A stretch of 21,229 nucleotides of DNA from Polyangiales bacterium (GTDB lineage: Bacteria > Myxococcota_A > Polyangia > Polyangiales > Houyiibacteriaceae). The translations under genes and the position numbers were made by a program. This document shows, in pieces, positions 15,888-21,229 of the stretch (position 1 is the first letter of the stretch; each line of letters begins with the position of its first letter). The notes below the pieces were generated by a model. The model had not been told where the DNA came from, did no database searches, and saw nothing but the letters and a program-made list of their open reading frames with translations. Location of the stretch: the NCBI GenBank assembly GCA_045106895.1, contig JBGCFM010000280.1, forward strand, positions 1 through 21,229. The letters are read 5' to 3'.

Positions 15888-17183
15888 ATGGCGAGGGCGC
15901 TTCGGCGTCCGAACCTGATGCGGGCGGCATCTTCTTGAGGGAACTTTTCGGAAGTTCCCTCGCCGCCGCGGGCGGCTCACCCTCAAACTCTGAAGAGAGT
16001 AAGGAAGAACAAAGGGAGCCCAGGCATCGACGGGATGACGGTGAGTGAGCTTCCGGATTGGCTGAAGATTCACTGGCCACGCGTTCGCGAGCAGTTGCTC
16101 GCGGGCACGTACCAGCCGATGGCAGTCCGGCGAGCAACGATTCCAAAACCAGGAGGAGGCGAGCGCGAGCTTGGTATTCCGACAGTGTTGGACCGCCTGA
16201 TTCAGCAGGCCTTGTTGCAAGTCCTGCAGCCTCGATTCGACCCGACCTTTTCAGAACACAGCCATGGCTTTCGGCCGCGACGCTCGGCGCACGGAGCCAT
16301 CCGTGAAGCACGCCGATACGTTCAAAGCGGGAAGCGGTGGGTGGTGGACGTGGACTTGGAAAAGTTCTTTGACCGCGTGAACCACGACATGTTGATGGGA
16401 CGGTTGGCCAATCGAATCGTGGATAAATTCGTGATGAAACTCATCCGCAGTTACCTGAATGCTGGCGCGCTAGCGAACGGAATGACGGTGGAACGTTACG
16501 AAGGAACGCCGCAAGGCGGACCTTTGTCGCCTTTACTCGCGAACGTGCTTCTCGACGAAGTCGACAAGGAGCTGGAGAAACGAGGGCACGCCTTCGTCCG
16601 CTATGCGGATGACGTGCGAGTTTTCGTGGGCTCGAAGAAAGCCGGCGAGCGTGTGATGCGCTCCCTCGTTCGTCTCTTCGCGTCCCTTCGGCTACAAGTC
16701 AACGAATCGAAAAGTGCCGTGGACCACGCGTGGAAACGACCTTTTCTTGGCGTCGCCTTCTGGGTGGCAACGGGAAAGAAAGTACGCGCGCGGGTCGCGC
16801 CCAAGGCACTTCACAAAATGAAGTGCCGCGTCCGACAGCTCACGCGTCGGTCGCGCGGGCGCAGTCTCCAAGAGGTCATCGACTCTCTCCGAAGCTATCT
16901 GGTCGGCTGGCGCGGATACTTCCGCATCGCCGAGACGCCTCGGAAATTTCGACAGCTCGACGAGTGGATTCGTCATCGGCTCCGCGCCTACCAACTCAAG
17001 CACTGGATGCGTGGCAAAACTACGTTTCCAGAGCTGGTGAAACGCGGACTAAGCCGGACGGCGGCGGCGAAGGTCGCCGGCAATACCCGGCGATGGTGGC
17101 GAAACTCGGGCATGACGACGATCCACATCGCACTTCCCAACAAGCTCTTCACCGGAATGGGCCTACCCAAGCTCGCTCCCTGA
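15888..17183 (+). pseudogene. ltrA: group II intron reverse transcriptase/maturase, interrupted by an in-frame TGA at 15936-15938 (intact ORF 16035-17183)
   Basis: MARALRRPNLMRA [63-nt insert] LKRVRKNKGSPGIDGMTV in one frame; RELGIPTVLDRLIQQA, GFRP, VDLEKFFD, GTPQGGPLSPLLAN, YADD, maturase X domain. RBS AGGAAAGGA before ATG 15888. Confidence 0.8.
15927..15989. repeat. 63-nt palindromic REP/MITE-like insertion in the RT gene
   Basis: Hairpins GAGGGAACTT/AAGTTCCCTC (15937-15961) and GCCGCC/GGCGGC (15962-15976); alternative pairing TTGAGGG/CCCTCAA (15935-15941/15980-15986). Exact borders uncertain by 1-2 nt. Confidence 0.7.
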
Positions 17184-17195
17184 CCTCAACTTATC

Positions 17196-17273
17196 GAACC
17201 GCCAGGTGCGGACCCGCATGCCTGGTGGTGTGGCAGGGGAGCCTGAGTCACTACTCGGGCCCCCTATGCCGAT
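17196..17273 (+). ncRNA. group II intron catalytic domains V-VI
   Basis: Shortened IIC-type DV with CGC triad, then DVI hairpin with bulged A context (CCCCTATGCC) and terminal AT. Confidence 0.9.
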
Positions 17274-17291
17274 TGTCATCGGCCGCGTGAC

Positions 17292-18374
17292 CTAGCCGAA
17301 GATCTTCTTGAAGAAACCTTTCTTTTCGCCACCGTCGCTACCGTCGTCGTCACCATCGTCGTCGCCCGATTCACCCGACGACTCCGGCGCAGCCTCCGCG
17401 CCGTCCGCAGCTTCGGCCGGAGTCGCTTCTGCCTCAACAACCACGTCGTCAACAGCCACATCGTCTGTGCTACCGGTCAACGCACTGAGCGACTCCATGC
17501 TCACGACCGCCGTCGCGTCGTCAGCGTCCAATTCCATGTCGTCATCTTCGAACTCAACGAAGTCCAGGTCGTCCATCGAGAGTTCATCGATTTCGAGGTC
17601 TTCGACCACTTCGACCTCCTCCACCTCGACCTGAACTTCATCCTCCTTCGCCTCTGCTCCCGGTGGTGGCGGCGTCGACGCGCGAATGGCGGCGAGGTCC
17701 TCTTCGTTGAAAATAGGTTCAGGCGGTGTGCTTGAAGGCGGCGCAGAGCTCGGCGCGGCGCTTTCGGGAGCTACACTTGGAGTGCTGGAATCGCCCGAAT
17801 CCGCCGCTATCGACGACGCATCGAGAGGGCTGGAACCTTCTGCGGCGGCCGCGGCCTCCGCAGCATCCATCTCTGCGAGCTGCTGCACGTCGCTTGGTGT
17901 CAGGCCTGCGTGGAAATTGGAGAGTGCAGAGGTCTCTTTGGTCTCCGGCTCCAGGTCCTCTTCGGGCTCGGTCTCGGCTTCTGGCTCCGGCTCGGCGACT
18001 TCAGCTTCAGGCTCGACGTCAGCTTCGGGCTCGGCGACTTCAGCTTCCGGCTCGACGTCAGCTTCAGGCTCGACGTCAGCTTCAGGCTCGACGTCAGCTT
18101 CGGGCTTGGCGACTTCAGCTTCGACGTCTTCAGTTTCGGGCTTGGCCTCAGCTTCGGGCTCGTTTTCAGATTGAGTCTTGGCTGCGGCTTCGTCGTTGCT
18201 CGGCGCGGGTGTGCTCAGGGCTAGGGCTGGCTGCACGTTCTCGCCGAGGGTCTTGAGCGCTTCGTCGACGCTTTCAAGCCCTTCGATTTTTGGGATCGCC
18301 GCAATAATCGCGTCGACATCCAAACCAGCGCTTAGCGCGTTGAGTTCCTCATCCAGGCGGGGAAAGTCGGCCAT
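17292..18374 (-). CDS. highly acidic low-complexity protein with C-terminal KKGFFKKIFG amphipathic tail
   Basis: Start reassigned to ATG 18374 (MADFPRLDEEL); E/D/A/P-rich; tail resembles the MinD-type membrane-targeting helix. Confidence 0.8.
   Translation of the reverse strand: MADFPRLDEELNALSAGLDVDAIIAAIPKIEGLESVDEALKTLGENVQPALALSTPAPSNDEAAAKTQSENEPEAEAKPETEDVEAEVAKPEADVEPEADVEPEADVEPEAEVAEPEADVEPEAEVAEPEPEAETEPEEDLEPETKETSALSNFHAGLTPSDVQQLAEMDAAEAAAAAEGSSPLDASSIAADSGDSSTPSVAPESAAPSSAPPSSTPPEPIFNEEDLAAIRASTPPPPGAEAKEDEVQVEVEEVEVVEDLEIDELSMDDLDFVEFEDDDMELDADDATAVVSMESLSALTGSTDDVAVDDVVVEAEATPAEAADGAEAAPESSGESGDDDGDDDGSDGGEKKGFFKKIFG
17989..18162 (-). repeat. intragenic tandem repeats of 18/21-bp units (EADVEP / EAEVAEP)
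   Basis: Plus strand units ggctcgacgtcagcttc(a/g) and ggctcggcgacttcagcttc(a/c) interspersed. Confidence 0.85.
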
Positions 18375-18439
18375 CGGCGTTAGGGTCCCCCAGTCGGACG
18401 AATGACACAAGAAGCTTGTGAGCGAAGGCCGACGAGAGC

Positions 18440-19654
18440 TCAGTCGTCAGCGAGCCATGGGATTCGGTCTTGTCCCCAGAGTGCTTCCCCACCGCGAACA
18501 AAGGTAGGAACTCCCCAAAGCCCGGCATCGACGAGGGCTTTTCGGTTTTCTTCGGCGATGGCCTTCCAAGAAGTGTCTTTGAGGGCGGCCATCGTCTCAT
18601 CCCGTCCGAAGCCCACCTCCGCTGCCAACGCGAACAGAACGTCATCACGAGCCAGGTCACGCCCCTCCGCCCAAGAAGCGCGCATCGCCGCCCTGGCGAA
18701 CTCGGCGCCGCGTTGGTGTTTTTGAGCCGCAAAAAAGACCGCCATTGCGCGCTCCACTCCTTCACCGACGGGGTCTGCGACCTTGCCAAGCTCGATGCCC
18801 AGTCGCTCGGCTTCTCGCTTCGCATCCCACAGGAGGTAGCGGATCTTCGTCTTTGGGACTTCGAGGCCTCGCGCGACCATAGGCAGCACAGGTCTCAGCT
18901 TTGGAACCCGGGACCACGTTCGTGTGCGTTCGAGAGCGAGGTATGAGTAAGGGCTGCGAAACGAAAAGAAGAGTTCGTCGGCGCTTGGGGTGGCTGTCTC
19001 GGCTACTCGGTAGCTCGGGGAGTGTACATCGACACCTTCACCCTTCAGCCGTTCCAAAAGGTAGTCGAACCTGTCCAGGCCGACATACCACTCGCCCTCA
19101 TAATGACAGACGCCGCTTTGGTAATGTCCGCGCTTTCTTAGCGTCTCGTAGTTCTGTTCCAGTGTGGGTCGAACGGTGTGTCCCTTGACGACCCCGTAGC
19201 GCTCGACGGCGGCGGAGAGGCCGTGAGGGTCGCCTGCATGCAGCGCTCGGCCGACCCGCTCCAAGGCTTCCAGCTGCTCCAAGGCTTCACGCGATTTCAA
19301 GAGAACGGCGTTCGCCCGGCGCACACGTTCATCGCTGACCAGACCATCGGCTTCGGGCAGGGAGAGGTCGAAGTGGCGGGCCAAACGGCGCGCGTCTTCC
19401 CTTGCCCATCTCGCCTGAAGGGCGGGGGCAGGGTTCGTGTCGGCGCTCGGCTCCGGCACGACACAGATCTCCAGCTCCGTGTTTCCCCACTCCGTCGCGC
19501 GAAGCGCCTGCACCATCAAGTGGCTGTAGGGGTCCGTGACGCAGTAGTAGAAGTGAACGGTTCGCTTGCGACGTAGAAGTCTACGCCCAAGGCCTTTGAG
19601 TCCACGGCGAAGTCCACGTGTCCGTAGGTAGGCGTCGACGACGGCGGGCTTCAT
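18440..19654 (-). CDS. tandem-domain DsbA-like / 2-hydroxychromene-2-carboxylate isomerase (kappa-GST) family protein
   Basis: Start reassigned to ATG 19654 (MKPAVV); domain 1 HFYYCVTDPYSHL...YVGLDR, domain 2 FFSFRSPYSYLA...GLWGVPTF...LWGQDRI. Confidence 0.85.
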   Translation of the reverse strand: MKPAVVDAYLRTRGLRRGLKGLGRRLLRRKRTVHFYYCVTDPYSHLMVQALRATEWGNTELEICVVPEPSADTNPAPALQARWAREDARRLARHFDLSLPEADGLVSDERVRRANAVLLKSREALEQLEALERVGRALHAGDPHGLSAAVERYGVVKGHTVRPTLEQNYETLRKRGHYQSGVCHYEGEWYVGLDRFDYLLERLKGEGVDVHSPSYRVAETATPSADELFFSFRSPYSYLALERTRTWSRVPKLRPVLPMVARGLEVPKTKIRYLLWDAKREAERLGIELGKVADPVGEGVERAMAVFFAAQKHQRGAEFARAAMRASWAEGRDLARDDVLFALAAEVGFGRDETMAALKDTSWKAIAEENRKALVDAGLWGVPTFVRGGEALWGQDRIPWLADD

Positions 19655-19662
19655 GGCGGCTC

Positions 19663-21229
19663 TTACGCGCCCGTCGCGGAGTAAACTTGAGCGACGGCGT
19701 CTTCCAGTTTGGATACGTCGCTGCCTCCTGCTTGGGCAAAGTCCGGACGACCGCCGCCACGACCTCCTACGATCGCTGCGGCCTCCTTGATGATGTCCCC
19801 GGCTCGGAACGTCTTGGTGAGTGCCTTCGAGACGCTGCACACAAGGAGTGCTTTTGAACCGTCGCCGGAGGGAGCGCCGAGGACGATCACGGCGGGCTCG
19901 AGTTGGTCGCGAAGTTGGTCTGCGAGTTCGCGCAGTCCTTTCCCGTCCATCGACGGTACGACGGCGCCGAGCGCTTGGCCTCCTTCGATGGGCCGGGCTT
20001 TCGACTTTAGATCGCTGCCGCCGCTGCCGCTGGCCAGCTCCTTCTGAAGGCGCTCAAGATCCTTCTTGAGACCCTTGTTGCTCGCGAGAAGTCTCTCCGC
20101 TTTCTGGGCGACATCGGTCGGCGACGCTTTGAGAACCTCGGCGGCTTTGCGAAGTGCTTCGCTGGTTCGCCTGTGCTCGGCGATGGCGCGGCGACCGGTG
20201 GCGGCTTCGAGGCGGCGTACACCGGCGGCGACCCCGCTCTCCGAAAGAATGCTGAACAGGCCGATGTCCCCCGTCGCAGCTGCATGTGTGCCGCCGCAAA
20301 GCTCGAGGCTGGGGCCGATGCGCAACACGCGTACCTCGTCCCCGTATTTCTCGCCGAAGAGCCCGATGGCGCCACGCTTCTTCGCTTCGTCGATGGCGAG
20401 CACCTCGGTGCTGATCGGTGTGTTCGCGAGGATCGCGGTGTTCACGAGGTCTTCGATTTGAGTGACTTGGTCATCACTCAGAGGCTGCGTCGAGCTGTAG
20501 TCGAAGCGAAGGCGCTCATGGGAAACGAGTGAGCCCTTTTGAGCGACGGTCTCGCCGACCACCTCTCGAAGCGCCCAGTGCAGCAGGTGAGTGGCGCTGT
20601 GGTTTCGCCGTGTCGCGCCTCGTTGCTCAGCATCGACACGAAGGGTGACGGAGTCTCCGACTTTCAGGGTGAGCGACTTGAGCTCCGCGTAGTGCACGAC
20701 GAGTCCATCCACTGGAATCTGAGCATCGACGATAGGGTCTTCGCCAGTCGGCGTCACGATGACGCCAGAGTCCCCGGCCTGGCCACCCTTTTCGCCGTAG
20801 AAAGGAGTCGCCTTGGTGACGATCTGAACCTTGCCACCGCTGCATGTCTCGGTGCGCTCTCCGTCGACGATGAGTGCGAGGATTTCCGTCGCGGCTTCTT
20901 CGTTTTCGTAACCGACGAACTCGACGGGCGCCTTGAGCTCGCTAGCGATGGGGAAGTACACATCGCTGACGGCTGCGGATCCAACCTTGCTTCCTTGGGA
21001 GCGAACCTTCGCTTCCGCGAGGGCGCCGTCAAAACCTTTATGGTCGACGCGGAAACCTTCTTCTTCGCCGATGACGTCTTGAAGGTCGAGTGGGAAACCG
21101 AAGGTGTCGTAGAGCTTGAAGGCCACGGGGCCTGGCAACATCTTCTGACCGTCTTGTTCGGACCACTCTTTGTTCTCCGCGAGGAGCCCAAGGCCGCGAT
21201 CGAGGGTTCGACGGAACCGTTCTTCTTCG
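19663..21229 (-). CDS. alaS: alanine--tRNA ligase, C-terminal part (5' end outside window)
   Basis: EEERFRRTLDRG, AFKLYDTFGFPLDL, TPFYGEKGGQ, editing motifs HSATHLLH and ELCGGTH, RLRFD, GVRRLEA, GGRGGGRPDFAQAGG. Confidence 0.97.
   Translation of the reverse strand, partial: EEERFRRTLDRGLGLLAENKEWSEQDGQKMLPGPVAFKLYDTFGFPLDLQDVIGEEEGFRVDHKGFDGALAEAKVRSQGSKVGSAAVSDVYFPIASELKAPVEFVGYENEEAATEILALIVDGERTETCSGGKVQIVTKATPFYGEKGGQAGDSGVIVTPTGEDPIVDAQIPVDGLVVHYAELKSLTLKVGDSVTLRVDAEQRGATRRNHSATHLLHWALREVVGETVAQKGSLVSHERLRFDYSSTQPLSDDQVTQIEDLVNTAILANTPISTEVLAIDEAKKRGAIGLFGEKYGDEVRVLRIGPSLELCGGTHAAATGDIGLFSILSESGVAAGVRRLEAATGRRAIAEHRRTSEALRKAAEVLKASPTDVAQKAERLLASNKGLKKDLERLQKELASGSGGSDLKSKARPIEGGQALGAVVPSMDGKGLRELADQLRDQLEPAVIVLGAPSGDGSKALLVCSVSKALTKTFRAGDIIKEAAAIVGGRGGGRPDFAQAGGSDVSKLEDAVAQVYSATGA

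Larger units (their letters stand above)
15360..17273 (+). mobile_element. class IIC group II intron (full length)
   Basis: 5' end GTGCGCCCAGCATGGGCG directly after a terminator; domain V GAACCGCCAGGTGCGGACCCGCATGCCTGGTGGTG with CGC triad; domain VI ending CCCCCTATGCCGAT; internal RT without endonuclease domain. Confidence 0.93.

Noticed and set aside
15936..15976. UGA plus hairpin as a selenocysteine/SECIS signal
   Set aside because: UGA lies in a non-conserved insert, not at a Cys-equivalent site, and is part of the stem; no support for Sec in intron RTs.
15888..17183. RT as retron, DGR or defence RT
   Set aside because: Flanked by complete group II intron ends with domains V/VI and has a maturase domain; no template/variable repeat pair seen.
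18440..19840. Long starts in the ORF track (19840; likewise 2170, 2589, 5296, 14375, 18410)
   Set aside because: Extensions overlap neighbouring genes or promoters and lack family features; downstream ATGs fit coupling, RBS or signal peptides better.

Overview
GC-rich bacterial window whose protein families suggest Myxococcota (Polyangia-like; inference). Left to right: the 5' part of a RAYT/IS200-like Y1 transposase (missing from the ORF track); a divergent atypical signalling module (TPR/TM histidine-kinase-like protein | stand-alone receiver, small His-box protein, sigma54 activator with a Cys4 insert) followed by a sigma54 promoter with tandem enhancer-like palindromes upstream of a coiled-coil membrane protein; a Tat lipoprotein of Cys-stapled repeats next to a MurE-like ligase lacking its N-terminal domain; a hybrid PAS kinase, Xaa-Pro aminopeptidase, sorbosone/glucose dehydrogenase lipoprotein, OPT transporter plus membrane protein, and a sigma54-preceded beta-barrel OMP; a complete class IIC group II intron inserted just after a terminator, whose RT gene is interrupted by a 63-nt structured in-frame insert carrying a TGA; an acidic repeat protein, a tandem DsbA/HCCA-isomerase-like protein, and the 3' part of alaS. 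All calls are from motif recognition by eye; no searches were run.
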